From Christensenella sp. UBA7571 (GTDB lineage: Bacteria > Bacillota > Clostridia > Christensenellales > CAG-917): a DNA stretch of 64,000 nucleotides. Under the pieces are notes generated by a model, which was given only the letters and a program-made list of their open reading frames with translations, searched no databases and was not told where the DNA came from. The DNA lies in contig DLLD01000001.1 of the NCBI GenBank assembly GCA_002476605.1, forward strand, positions 17,449 through 81,448, read 5' to 3'. Positions 37,884 to 47,844 of the stretch are shown in pieces (within the stretch, counting starts at the first letter, position 1; each line of letters begins with the position of its first letter). The translations under genes were made by a program, and so were the position numbers.

Positions 37884-38290
37884 GCTAAAAAAACCGTCGA
37901 AAAACCACTTAAAAACCGCAACTTTTACCCTAATTTTTAACGTAAAATTTGCTTAATAATCAGCTATATTTTTGGCAAAATCTGCGGATTATTAGACGAT
38001 TATGCGGTAAAATCTACGGTTAAAATAAAGCGAAATTAAGCGTAAAATCACAGTAATACTAAATGGTATATCGACGGTAAACCTAGCGGTAAACGTCGTA
38101 GGAAAATCCATAGCAAAAATAACGATAAAAGCAGTGTTTATCTAATCAAAATCGTATTATAACGCGTGATATAAAACGATTTTTAGCAGTGAAAACGTCG
38201 GTAAAAACACGGTATTTTGACATAATAATCGGCAAAAAAACACCAGAATTTTGACAAAAACCAACGGATAATCAATCAAATTTTTTCCGA
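37884..38290. repeat. ORF-free tract with degenerate 12-bp periodic motif (G/C-rich triplet + A4-5 tract)
   Basis: Consecutive 12-mers such as gcggtaaaatct / acggttaaaata / aagcgaaattaa / gcgtaaaatcac ... cggtaaacctag / cggtaaacgtcg / taggaaaatcca / tagcaaaaataa / cgataaaagcag. The same phasing is seen from gctaaaaaaacc / gtcgaaaaacca / cttaaaaaccgc onward. Confidence 0.6.
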
Positions 38291-38556
38291 TTTTCAAATC
38301 AAATAATTTATAAAACCAAGTTTGAAACGTTTGTAAAAATTCACTGTTTATTGGCGTTTTTGCACCTTTCATTGCGTAAAGCTCGGGTTTTGCGAATAGA
38401 TAAAATACGGGTTGAAGGTCAAAATTTTGCAAAATTTCGCTAAAAAATCGTTCTACCCTTAATAACCTTGCAATTAGAAAAACTGAGACAAATAACCGTA
38501 TACAGCTTTTGCGCTGATATATCGTTTTTATAATTTGTAAAAGTCATTAAAACTTC

Positions 38557-38660
38557 TTGACAACAGCCAATACATTTTACTATGCTACTCTCGAAATCAG
38601 CCAACGCCTAAACACATTTTTTAGGAACAGATCGAAGGGTCACTCGGGCTGATTTTTTTA
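38557..38660 (+). ncRNA. candidate small RNA (promoter + enclosed hairpins + U-tract)
   Basis: TTGACA (38557-38562), 18 nt, TATGCT (38581-38586). A 9-bp stem joins aaatcagcc (38594-38602) and ggctgattt (38647-38655) and encloses hairpin cctaaa/tttagg (38607-38625). It is followed by a T7 run. Confidence 0.3.
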
Positions 38661-38705
38661 TTTACTATTTTTTGCTTACTTTATAACTGCCTTAAAATCT
38701 TGGTA

Positions 38706-38734
38706 TTGAAAAATCATTCCATCGATGTTACAAT
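38706..38734 (+). promoter_or_regulatory. promoter of the 38765 ORF (extended -10)
   Basis: TTGAAA (38706-38711), 17 nt, TGtTACAAT (38726-38734). RBS gagga at 38753-38757. Confidence 0.55.
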
Positions 38735-38764
38735 ATTTTACAATAATATGATGAGGATCGTTAT

Positions 38765-39304
38765 ATGCAACTATACCACGGAACGAATATAGACGGACTG
38801 ACCACCCTTAATCCAAACCTTTCAAATCACGGAAAACCTTACGTGTATTTCACCGATTGTTTTAATCTTGCCGTTTTCTATGCCGCCAAAAATCCTATTT
38901 ATACTTATAGATTCAAAGACGGCGTTTTGCATTACGACGAATATTTTGACAATCAATTCAAGATTTTTCACGACGGAAAATCTGGCACGATTTACGGCGT
39001 TGATTGCGAACTTCAACGGCTCGAAAAAATGCCTTGGGTTTATTTGGCGGATACGTCTATCGGTGTTAAACCAATAAAGTATATAGACAATCTTTATGAA
39101 TATCTAAACGAGTGCGTCGAAAAAGGCGAAATCATTCTACACTCTTTCAAGGATATTTCGGATAAAGCAAAAGAGTTCAATTTCGGACAAATACGTGACG
39201 AAATCTTAGATTGTGACCTACTTTCAAAGCCCGACGACTCGTATGCAATCTTCATTCAAAAGTATTTTCCGCAAGTATGGGAAAGCGTCGCAAAACAACA
39301 ATAA
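38765..39304 (+). CDS. hypothetical protein, 179 aa (N-terminal LYHGT motif)
   Basis: Good promoter and RBS, followed by a strong terminator. No family can be assigned with certainty. Confidence 0.6.
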   Translation: MQLYHGTNIDGLTTLNPNLSNHGKPYVYFTDCFNLAVFYAAKNPIYTYRFKDGVLHYDEYFDNQFKIFHDGKSGTIYGVDCELQRLEKMPWVYLADTSIGVKPIKYIDNLYEYLNECVEKGEIILHSFKDISDKAKEFNFGQIRDEILDCDLLSKPDDSYAIFIQKYFPQVWESVAKQQ

Positions 39305-39349
39305 CATTTTAACGATATATTTTATAGTTTTATAGTTTATTTTACACAT

Positions 39350-39378
39350 AAAAAGTCCACTGTTTAGTGGACTTTTTA
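39350..39378. terminator. bidirectional intrinsic terminator
   Basis: Stem agtccac (39354-39360) / gtggact (39367-39373) with a flanking A-run and T-run. Confidence 0.8.
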
Positions 39379-39442
39379 CTGTTAAACTTTATAAAAATCG
39401 ATTTTCTCTCTACTATAATCCTTTTTATATATGACTTTCCTT

Positions 39443-40315
39443 TTACTCTTTTATTGATTGCATATAGCAATTCTTCATATAAAGTGAATCAAGCATTTGA
39501 GTGCCGGCTGATTCACTGAGGATATGCGGAGTCAAATTGTTTTTGACAATGACTTCGCAAAGAGGTTCAAATTCCGGGCCGTAAACGTTGTCGGCAAACG
39601 TAAGGTGTTTTATTTCACCTTTTGCGCCATACATAATCTTGCTGAAATGCACGTGCATATTCTTGGTCTTTTCTTCCCCTATTCCGTCAAACATCGCGTC
39701 GATTATGCGTTGAAAATCATCCGCAGTCTTCAAAGCACCGCCGAGAAGGCTGTTTACGTGTCCGAAATCGACGCACGGGTAAACGTTTGGCGCAAGCTGA
39801 CAAAGCTTGATAACCTCGTCAACAGTGCCTATTTGAGCTTGCTTTCCCATAGTTTCGGGACATACGATCAAATCGTCGTCACCGTTTGCTTTGATAACGT
39901 CCAAGGCGCGCGCAAAATTGTCGAGAGTGCGCGCAAACGCTTCGTTGCGAGGTTGTTTGCCCTCTGCACCCGGGTGAAAAACGCATCTATTGCCGTGAAA
40001 ATGGCGCAATACTTTGAGCGATGAGGATAAATACGTTATGGAATTGTCCGCTTTTTCTTGCTCTACGGACGCAAAATTGATAAAATACGGCGCGTGAACG
40101 CTCATTTCGATGCCGTACTTATCCGCCTCGTTCCCTATCGCTTCGGCGGTTTCCGCACTCACGCGAACACCTCTTCCGAAGGAATATTCAAACAATTCAA
40201 GTCCTTTGTCGTGCAACCATTTTGGCATTTGGATAGTGGCTTGATAGCCTTCTTGCACAAAAGTTTCGTCGTGTCCCGACGGACCGAAAGTCGCTCTGTT
40301 TGAATTGATTATCAT
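39443..40315 (-). CDS. endonuclease IV family TIM-barrel protein (AP endonuclease 2 family)
   Basis: Metal-ligand pattern HAPYFINFAS, FHPG, PETMGK, VDFGHVNS, HVHFSK, LSES. Confidence 0.75.
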   Translation of the reverse strand: MIINSNRATFGPSGHDETFVQEGYQATIQMPKWLHDKGLELFEYSFGRGVRVSAETAEAIGNEADKYGIEMSVHAPYFINFASVEQEKADNSITYLSSSLKVLRHFHGNRCVFHPGAEGKQPRNEAFARTLDNFARALDVIKANGDDDLIVCPETMGKQAQIGTVDEVIKLCQLAPNVYPCVDFGHVNSLLGGALKTADDFQRIIDAMFDGIGEEKTKNMHVHFSKIMYGAKGEIKHLTFADNVYGPEFEPLCEVIVKNNLTPHILSESAGTQMLDSLYMKNCYMQSIKE

Positions 40316-41238
40316 ACGTCCCTCCTATTTTTCAGTATTTCGCGAATTTGTTTTTCGTCAATCTGCAATCTATCATGCAACTCTTGCGTATTTGCAAATT
40401 TCCGTATATCGCGCGTGCGCTCGATAAAGTCGATTTGAATTTCTTTTCCGTACAAATCGGAGTCAAAATCGAAGATATACGTTTCGATCGACGGCGTATC
40501 GTCGTTGAAAGTCGGTTTCGTCCCCACGTTGGTCATAGACGGATACGTTTTGCCGTCAATATGCGTAAGCGTTGCGTAAATTCCGTCGCAAAGCGGTAAT
40601 CTATTGCGGTCAATTGGAATATTTGCCGTCGGAAAACCGAGTCCAGTTCCGTTGTGTTTTGCGTGCAAAACCACCCCTTTCACAAAGTACGGCTGACTCA
40701 AAAGCGTATCGAGTTCGCTTACGTTACCGCTCGATACGAGATTTTTCAAATTTCGTGTAGACAACTTTTCTCCGTTGTGCTTTTCAAACGGAACGACGCA
40801 TAGTTCGATACCGTTTTCATCGCAAAAAGCACGCAAAGTATCGACATTGCCCTCGGCGTTTTTGCCGTAGGTATAATCCGCGCCGACTGCAATAAAACGA
40901 ATATTTTTATAATTCGTAAGCTTCAAAAGAAACTTGCTCGGAGAAGTTGACATAAAACTCTCGTCAAACGACGCTTTTACCACTACGTCCAGTCCGAGAT
41001 TGTCAAGAACGCAAACTCTGTCTTCAAACGAATATATCTCTTTGGGCTTATCGAAAAGCGTATTCGGATCGTTCGAGAATGTAAATAGCGCGCTTTGCAC
41101 GTCGTTATGCGATTGTGAATAATCAATAACTTGCGTGGCAAGGCGTTTGTGTCCTACGTGAATACAGTCGAAAAAGCCGAGTGCAATCGCAATCGGAGTG
41201 TCGTATTTTTCATTGAAATCAACGATTTTTACACTCAT
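40312..41238 (-). CDS. ribF: bifunctional riboflavin kinase / FMN adenylyltransferase
   Basis: GFFDCIHVGH (FAD synthetase) and GFPTANI (riboflavin kinase). Confidence 0.93.
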   Translation of the reverse strand: MSVKIVDFNEKYDTPIAIALGFFDCIHVGHKRLATQVIDYSQSHNDVQSALFTFSNDPNTLFDKPKEIYSFEDRVCVLDNLGLDVVVKASFDESFMSTSPSKFLLKLTNYKNIRFIAVGADYTYGKNAEGNVDTLRAFCDENGIELCVVPFEKHNGEKLSTRNLKNLVSSGNVSELDTLLSQPYFVKGVVLHAKHNGTGLGFPTANIPIDRNRLPLCDGIYATLTHIDGKTYPSMTNVGTKPTFNDDTPSIETYIFDFDSDLYGKEIQIDFIERTRDIRKFANTQELHDRLQIDEKQIREILKNRRDV

Positions 41239-41239
41239 A

Positions 41240-42139
41240 TCACAACCTCACTTTCATTTTCAATTTTCCGTCGACGCACTCGCCTATTCCGAGAATTGCA
41301 CCTTGCGCAAACGTCAAAAAATATCCTTGCGGACATTCGCATTGCACTTGAACACCGTTGACAACTTTTGCAATCAAGTTTTCGGGCAAATCGAAACGCG
41401 GAAAGTCCGACAAGCAATTTTCGATATTTTTGAGGTATCTAATCGGATCTTTTTCAAATTCTTCAAGCGTGACTGACTCGGATATATCAAACGCGCCGTT
41501 CTTTATACGACGTATAGAACTCATATAAGCGACGCTACCGAGCGTATTTGCCATATCGCGCGCGATCGAGCGAATATACGTACCGCCCGAACAAACGATC
41601 TCGAAAGCGTACTCGTTTTCGTCGAGTTTTTTATCTCCGTTTTGCAAATGTGCAACGCCGTTGCCGTCGTCAATGCGCTTTATACTGTCAATGCGCACGC
41701 GCTTGGATTTTAGCTCGACCTCAATACCCTTTCTTGCAAGGTCGTAAGCTCTTTGTCCTCCGACCGATTTTGCCGAATACATTGGCGGAATTTGGTCGAT
41801 TTCACCGCAAAGTTTTGGCAAAACTTCGTCTATTTGCTTGGTCGTGGGCAAAACGTCACTCACCTCGGTAACTACTCCGTCACCGTCGAGCGTATCGGTG
41901 GTTTTGCCGAATACGAAAGTTGCTTGATATATCTTGGTTTTGTCTTGCAAATAATCGAAAAGGCGCGTCGCAGTCCCCACCGCAATAGGCAAAACGCCCG
42001 TACCTTGCGGATCGAGAGTGCCGAGATGTCCGACTTTGTGTTTTTGGGACGTTGCACGCCTCAAAATACCGCGCACGATGACGACGACGTCGCTTGACGT
42101 CATTCCCTTCGGCTTATCGATATTAACGAAACCTCTCAT
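41240..42139 (-). CDS. truB: tRNA pseudouridine(55) synthase
   Basis: GHLGTLDP catalytic Asp motif and C-terminal PUA-like region. Confidence 0.93.
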   Translation of the reverse strand: MRGFVNIDKPKGMTSSDVVVIVRGILRRATSQKHKVGHLGTLDPQGTGVLPIAVGTATRLFDYLQDKTKIYQATFVFGKTTDTLDGDGVVTEVSDVLPTTKQIDEVLPKLCGEIDQIPPMYSAKSVGGQRAYDLARKGIEVELKSKRVRIDSIKRIDDGNGVAHLQNGDKKLDENEYAFEIVCSGGTYIRSIARDMANTLGSVAYMSSIRRIKNGAFDISESVTLEEFEKDPIRYLKNIENCLSDFPRFDLPENLIAKVVNGVQVQCECPQGYFLTFAQGAILGIGECVDGKLKMKVRL

Positions 42140-42151
42140 ACGCGTCTAAAA

Positions 42152-43111
42152 TTAAATCATCCTATCGCTTGCCAGTCTGACAAGTTTTTCTACGATATCT
42201 TCAAAATATCCGTTGATACGGCAACCCGCGGCAAACTTATGCCCGCCACCGCCGAAAACGTTTGCGATATCGTAAGCGTCGATGCCGTCCTTTGTTCGAA
42301 TACTCAATTTGTAATTGCGCTCGCCCACTTGCAAGAGCGAATACGCCACTTTGACCGTGTCGACGTCAAGCAAACTGCCGATTATTCCGTCGGCGTCTTC
42401 ACTGTTTGCGCCAGTATCGGTCAAATCTTTCGTAGAGACGTAAATCAACGCGACCTTGCCGTCTTCAAAAAACTTCGTTCTCGAAAGCGCAAGATTTTTG
42501 AGTTTGAAACGAGCAACGGACGTCGATTTATATACTTCGTATATAGTTTTTTGCGCGTCGAAGTCGAATTTCATCAATTCGCACGCGATTTCCATAGAAC
42601 GTCTCGTGGAATTGTACTGCGCAAAGCACCCAGTATCCGTTACGATTGCGGAAAATAGCAACTGCGCTATATCCTTGTCCAAGGCTTTCATATCCTTGAC
42701 GAGCTCGTAAACGATTTCACCGCACGCGCCAGCGTCCGCGTCGACGAGACAAGTCGATGCAAATCTCTTGAAAGATACGTGATGGTCAATTGCAATCTGT
42801 TTTTTTGCGGACAAAAACGACTTCATACACTGTCCGAGCCTATCCAAATCGCTACAATCGAGCGATATCGCAAGCTCGTGAACTCTTTTTTGCGGAAAAG
42901 TGATGTTTTCACTGCCGACGAGCACTTTAAGTCGCTCGGGAACGGGCGTATCGCAATAGGCGTACACATTTTTCCCCTTCTTTTTGAGTGCTAAATAAAG
43001 CGCAAGCATACTGCCGAGCGCGTCGCAATCGGGGTTAGTATGACAAAAAAGCGCAATGTCGGTTGCGCGATTTATTTGTTTTTCTATTTCCGTAAAAATC
43101 GGATTAGTCAT
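42152..43111 (-). CDS. nrnA: DHH/DHHA1 phosphoesterase (NrnA-type oligoribonuclease/pAp phosphatase)
   Basis: HTNPDCDALGS, AIDHH and GGGGHKFAAG. Confidence 0.88.
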   Translation of the reverse strand: MTNPIFTEIEKQINRATDIALFCHTNPDCDALGSMLALYLALKKKGKNVYAYCDTPVPERLKVLVGSENITFPQKRVHELAISLDCSDLDRLGQCMKSFLSAKKQIAIDHHVSFKRFASTCLVDADAGACGEIVYELVKDMKALDKDIAQLLFSAIVTDTGCFAQYNSTRRSMEIACELMKFDFDAQKTIYEVYKSTSVARFKLKNLALSRTKFFEDGKVALIYVSTKDLTDTGANSEDADGIIGSLLDVDTVKVAYSLLQVGERNYKLSIRTKDGIDAYDIANVFGGGGHKFAAGCRINGYFEDIVEKLVRLASDRMI

Positions 43112-43499
43112 CGTTTTGTTCGGTGTCCGTCGAAACGTGATTATGCTCTTGCTCTTTCTTGATTTGATTGAGCAAACCGTCGATTTTTATGCTGTAATCG
43201 ACACTGTCGTCAATGAGAAAATTGAGCTCTGGCAACAAACGGATTTGCACGGTGTCTTTGAGCATATTGCGGATAAAGTTGCGAGAGCGACATACCGTAT
43301 GATACGCCTCTTGCACTTTCTCTTTGTCTTCCGCGTATATGGACAAATACACCTTTGCGTATTTCAAATCGGGCGTCGTATAAACATTGGTGACGCCAAC
43401 GATCGCATTGCCAAGACGCGGATCTTTCACGTTTTCGGCAATGATTTTGGTGATTTGTTTAGCCAATTCAGCGTTTACACGCTCGGTTTTAATCTTCAT
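43104..43499 (-). CDS. rbfA: ribosome-binding factor A
   Basis: RVNAELAKQITKII...DPRL pattern. Position after infB. Confidence 0.9.
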   Translation of the reverse strand: MKIKTERVNAELAKQITKIIAENVKDPRLGNAIVGVTNVYTTPDLKYAKVYLSIYAEDKEKVQEAYHTVCRSRNFIRNMLKDTVQIRLLPELNFLIDDSVDYSIKIDGLLNQIKKEQEHNHVSTDTEQNDD

Positions 43500-46239
43500 T
43501 GGTTTTCTCCATAGTGAACGCTTCGATTACGTCGTCCACTTTGATGTCTTGGAAGTTGGAAAGCATTATACCGCAATCGAAGTTCCTTGCCATTTCCTTG
43601 ACGTCGTCTTTGCCGTGGCGCAAGGACGAAATTTCGCCCGTATACTCGACTTTGCCGTTGCGGATAAGTCTTGCTTGCGCACCTCTGACGATTTTACCGT
43701 CGGTGACGTGGCAACCCGCGATAGTGCCGACACCGCTGATTTTGAAGAGTTCACGAACGTCGGCAGAACCGAGAACGACCTCTTGGAACTTGGGATCGAG
43801 CATACCTTTGACTGCCTTTTCGATGTCTTCGATAGCGTTGTAAATGATGTTGTAGAAGCGGATATCAATCTTCTTTTGCGCCGCGAGTTGTTTTGCGTTA
43901 GTATCGGGACGGACGTTGAAGCCGATGATAATTGCGTTAGATGTTTCGGCAAGTAACACGTCGCTTTCCTTGATACCGCCGACCGCTGCGTGAATGATAT
44001 CGATATTGACTTCCTCGTTGCCGAGTTTGGCAAGAGATTGTTTGACAGCCTCAACCGAGCCTTGAACATCCGCTTTGATGATGAGTTTGACGGATTTAAG
44101 TTCACCCTTGGAGATCTTGTCGAACAAATCGTTGAGCGATACCGACGTGGACTCCGTTTGACTTGCGGCAAGTTTGAGCTTACGCTCTTCGGCAAGTTCT
44201 CTTGCAAACTTCTCGTCCGCAACGACGTCGATTCTGTCGCCCGCTTCCGGAACGTCGTCCCAACCCGTAACCGATACCGGCGTGGACGGACCCGCTTTTT
44301 TGACCTTTCTGCCCTTGTCGTCGATCATCGCGCGGATCTTACCAGTGCAAGTGCCCGCCACGACGTTGTCTCCGACGTGCAACGTACCCGTTTGAACGAG
44401 GATGGTTGCGATTTTGCCAAGTCCCTTGTCGAGTTTTGCCTCGATAATCGTACCGCGAGCGTTGCGGTTTGGATTGGCGCGAAGTTCCTCAAATTCGGCA
44501 CGAACGAGGATTTGTTCAAGCAATTCTTCAACGCCCATACCCGTCTTTGCAGACACTCTGACGACGGGAGTTTCCCCGCCCCATTCTTCGGGCGTTACGC
44601 CGTTTTCTGCAAGTTGAGAAAGCACTCTGTCGGGATTTGCGCCCGCTCTGTCCATCTTGTTGAGAGCGACGATAATCGGCACGTTTGCTTGTTTTGCGTG
44701 GCTGATTGCTTCCAGCGTTTGAGGCATAATGCCGTCGTCCGCCGCAACGACCAAAATCGCAATATCCGTAACTTGCGCACCGCGAGCACGCATTGACGTA
44801 AACGCTTCGTGTCCGGGGGTGTCGAGGAACGTTATCGGAGAGCCGTTGAGCGTAACGGTATAAGCACCGATGTGTTGCGTGATACCGCCTGCTTCACCGC
44901 CCGTGACGTTGGTCTTTCTGATGTAGTCGAGCAAGGACGTTTTGCCGTGGTCGACGTGTCCCATAATCGTAACGATAGGCGGACGCGGAACGAGGTTGTC
45001 AAGTTCTTCCTCGTCGTCCACTTCGAGTTGCGCCGAGAGCGTATCTTCAAACGTTACGTCGGGTTTGTATTCGAGTTTGATGCCGAATTCGTCCGCAACG
45101 AGTTCCGCCGTAGCAAAATCGATGCTGTCGTTGATGGTCTTCATAATGCCGAGGACGAACAACGTTTTGACGATTTCCGCAGCGGATTTGCCGATTTTTT
45201 CGCTCAAAGTCTTGATAGACACGGGGTCGGTGGTGATAACCGCGTTTTCGATAATAACGGTTGCGCTGTTTCCGCCACCGCGGTTCTTGTTGACTTTGTA
45301 GTTACGAACGACCATTTCGCCGTCTTCGTCGTAAGAAATTCTATCGTCGACGATATAGCCCTTTTTGAGAAGCGCACGCTTGTTCATAGTCGAGCGATCG
45401 TCAAACTTCTTGGAATTTGAATTGGCGTTATTTGCGTTTTGTTTTCCGCCCTTGCCTTTTTGCCCTGCCGGTTTAGGAGGAAATTGCTGGGCAACGTTTG
45501 CAAGATTTTGAGAAGCGGACGGTCTACGCATACCGCCTTGTTGTTGACCGTTTTGTCCTTGCGGTCTTTGTTGATATCCGCCTTGTTGACCTTGCGGTTT
45601 TTGTCCGCGCGGTGCTTGGTATCCGTTTTGACCGAATACGCGAGTTTGCACCTTCGGCTTCGGCGTTGGCGGAACGTAAATTCGACGGACTTCACCGTTA
45701 GGCAAAATCTCGGGATTTTCTTGTGCGAGTTCAAAAGGCGTTTTGGGCGTAACCACGATATGCGGTTTTTCCTCTTTTTTGACCTCTTGGACGGGCGTTT
45801 CTATCTTTTTAGCGGGCTCTTCGACGGTCTTTTGTTGCGCTTTGGGAGCTTCCGTTTCTTTTTGGACGGGCTTTACCGGCTCAACTTTCTTGACTTCCTC
45901 GACGACTTTTTCCGCCTTAACCTCTTTGGGTGCGGGCGTTTCCGCTTTCACTTCCGCTTTCTTTTCGATGACTTTGACTTCCTTTTCGACCTTGACCTCT
46001 TCAACGGGTTTGGTGTGGGCTTCGACTTTGGCTTTTGCCTCCGCTTCCGCTTTTGCCTTTGCTTCGTCTTCGGCTTTGGCAATCAACGCGTCGCGCTTTG
46101 CCTTGATTGACGCCATAATGACGTTTGCTCTCGATTTTTCGCGAGAGATGTCACCGATAAGGTCGGCAAGCTTGGTTGCCTTGAAGTCACCGAGTTTTTT
46201 TACGGAATCGACGTTTGTTTCTTTTTTGTTTTCAGGCAT
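43489..46239 (-). CDS. infB: translation initiation factor IF-2
   Basis: [20 protein letters not shown] and NKMD. The N-terminal region is long and low-complexity, rich in K/E/A and Q/G. Confidence 0.96.
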   Translation of the reverse strand: MPENKKETNVDSVKKLGDFKATKLADLIGDISREKSRANVIMASIKAKRDALIAKAEDEAKAKAEAEAKAKVEAHTKPVEEVKVEKEVKVIEKKAEVKAETPAPKEVKAEKVVEEVKKVEPVKPVQKETEAPKAQQKTVEEPAKKIETPVQEVKKEEKPHIVVTPKTPFELAQENPEILPNGEVRRIYVPPTPKPKVQTRVFGQNGYQAPRGQKPQGQQGGYQQRPQGQNGQQQGGMRRPSASQNLANVAQQFPPKPAGQKGKGGKQNANNANSNSKKFDDRSTMNKRALLKKGYIVDDRISYDEDGEMVVRNYKVNKNRGGGNSATVIIENAVITTDPVSIKTLSEKIGKSAAEIVKTLFVLGIMKTINDSIDFATAELVADEFGIKLEYKPDVTFEDTLSAQLEVDDEEELDNLVPRPPIVTIMGHVDHGKTSLLDYIRKTNVTGGEAGGITQHIGAYTVTLNGSPITFLDTPGHEAFTSMRARGAQVTDIAILVVAADDGIMPQTLEAISHAKQANVPIIVALNKMDRAGANPDRVLSQLAENGVTPEEWGGETPVVRVSAKTGMGVEELLEQILVRAEFEELRANPNRNARGTIIEAKLDKGLGKIATILVQTGTLHVGDNVVAGTCTGKIRAMIDDKGRKVKKAGPSTPVSVTGWDDVPEAGDRIDVVADEKFARELAEERKLKLAASQTESTSVSLNDLFDKISKGELKSVKLIIKADVQGSVEAVKQSLAKLGNEEVNIDIIHAAVGGIKESDVLLAETSNAIIIGFNVRPDTNAKQLAAQKKIDIRFYNIIYNAIEDIEKAVKGMLDPKFQEVVLGSADVRELFKISGVGTIAGCHVTDGKIVRGAQARLIRNGKVEYTGEISSLRHGKDDVKEMARNFDCGIMLSNFQDIKVDDVIEAFTMEKTNED

Positions 46240-46242
46240 TAT

Positions 46243-46521
46243 TCACCTCAATAAACTAATAATTGCATTTGCAAGAGCTTCGTTTGACACCGCAATCGAC
46301 TTTACGCCGTCGCGATGCAGAGCCTCGCAAAGATTATCCACTTCAAAGACGGGACAATCGGACATTTTTTTTGCAATTCTATCTCTATATTTGTCACCCG
46401 AGGTCGAGGACACGAGCACGACCTTTGCAAGACGCTTTTTCTCGCAAATTATGTCTTCACCGTACAAAACGGCGTTTGCTCTTTGCGCAAGACCTATATA
46501 TGCTTTGATTTTATCAGTCAT
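46243..46521 (-). CDS. ylxQ: L7Ae-family RNA-binding protein YlxQ
   Basis: 92 aa with IGLAQRANAVLYGEDI pattern. Conserved nusA-ylxR-ylxQ-infB order. Confidence 0.85.
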   Translation of the reverse strand: MTDKIKAYIGLAQRANAVLYGEDIICEKKRLAKVVLVSSTSGDKYRDRIAKKMSDCPVFEVDNLCEALHRDGVKSIAVSNEALANAIISLLR

Positions 46522-46762
46522 TTATCTTGTCGTATATATCGTCCGAGACGTTGGTTTTGAAGGCGGAATTGAGCATTTTCTTTTTGCAAACTTTTGCTTT
46601 GCAATCCGCGCTATCGTGCACCCATACGCCTCTGCCGTCCGCTTTTTTGCTCTCGTCGAGGAACACGCTTCCGTCCTTTTGCTTCACGAAACGAAGCATT
46701 TCGGACTTATCGGAGTGTTCTCTGCAAGCGATGCATTTGCGTGTGTCCTTGGGGTTTGACAT
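46514..46762 (-). CDS. ylxR: YlxR/RnpM family protein (DUF448)
   Basis: RKCIACREHSDKSEMLRFV motif. The ATG at 46762 with RBS aaggtga lies 1 nt after the nusA stop. Confidence 0.85.
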   Translation of the reverse strand: MSNPKDTRKCIACREHSDKSEMLRFVKQKDGSVFLDESKKADGRGVWVHDSADCKAKVCKKKMLNSAFKTNVSDDIYDKIND

Positions 46763-46763
46763 T

Positions 46764-47831
46764 TTATTCACCTTGTTGTTGGCTTTCAACGTTGAGAGAA
46801 GAATACGGTTTTACGTCTATCTTCCAGCCCGTGAGTTTTGCCGCAAGACGCGCGTTTTGACCGCTTCTGCCGATTGCAAGCGAAAGTTTCTCGTCGGGAA
46901 CGATGACCTTTGCGTTCTTTTCTTCCTCGTTGATGGAGACCATAAGCACTTGTGCGGGGCTGAGTGCGCGTGCAATGTATTCGATAGGATCGTCGCAATA
47001 TTCGATAACGTCGATTTTTTCACCGCCGAGTTCCGCAACCACTGCGTTTACGCGGACGCCCTTGTTGCCGATACAGCTACCCACTGCGTCGACGTTGGGA
47101 TCTTCACTGCTTACTGAAAGTTTGGTTCTGAAACCTGCTTCACGAACGATACTGTTGATCTTCACGAGGCCCGCCTTGATTTCGGGCACTTCGAGCTCGA
47201 ACAATCTACGAACGAAGCCCGCGGAGCTTCTCGATACCACCACTTGTGCGCCGTGCGCCGTGTCACGGATCTTCTTGACGTACACTTTGATGACGTCGTT
47301 GACGTTGTACGTTTCGGTAGGAACTTGATCTTGTTGCATCATAACGCCTTCCATTTGTGTGCCCGTGATTTCCACGTACACAGTGCCTGCTTCCTTACGT
47401 CTGACGATTGCGCTGAGGATTTCACCCGTGCGTTCGCTCATCTCGTTGAGAACCATAGCTTTTTTCATATCGTTGATGCGTTGCAAAATGACTTGTTTTG
47501 CCGTTTGTGCCGCGATACGCGAAAAGTCCTTGGGCGTGATGTCTTCGATAACGACGTCACCGACTTTGTACTTTTTGTCGATATCTTGCGCGTCTTCGAG
47601 GGAGATTTGCGTTTCTTCGTCTTCGACTTCGTCAACGACGAGCTTGTGCGCGTAGACTTTGTAGGTCATTTTTTCTTCGTTGAGACGCACGGAAATGGGG
47701 CTTGCAAAGCCGTATTCCTTCTTGTAAGCGGACACAAGTCCTGCTTCGATTGATTCAATCATAGACTCTTTGGAGATGTGTTGTTCTCTTTCCAAATCGT
47801 CCAATGCTTGAAAGAACTCTTTGTTCATCAT
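46764..47831 (-). CDS. nusA: transcription termination/antitermination factor NusA
   Basis: N-terminal domain, S1 domain and two KH domains (GxxG: IGNKGVRV, IGRSGQNARL). Confidence 0.95.
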   Translation of the reverse strand: MMNKEFFQALDDLEREQHISKESMIESIEAGLVSAYKKEYGFASPISVRLNEEKMTYKVYAHKLVVDEVEDEETQISLEDAQDIDKKYKVGDVVIEDITPKDFSRIAAQTAKQVILQRINDMKKAMVLNEMSERTGEILSAIVRRKEAGTVYVEITGTQMEGVMMQQDQVPTETYNVNDVIKVYVKKIRDTAHGAQVVVSRSSAGFVRRLFELEVPEIKAGLVKINSIVREAGFRTKLSVSSEDPNVDAVGSCIGNKGVRVNAVVAELGGEKIDVIEYCDDPIEYIARALSPAQVLMVSINEEEKNAKVIVPDEKLSLAIGRSGQNARLAAKLTGWKIDVKPYSSLNVESQQQGE

Positions 47832-47844
47832 TCTTAGATTCCTC

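Noticed and set aside
37884-38290. The periodic tract as a CRISPR array or a coding tandem repeat.
   Set aside because: The period is only ~12 bp with no conserved repeat/spacer alternation, and no cas genes are present. All six frames are closed, so it is not a repeat-protein gene, though it could be a very decayed one.
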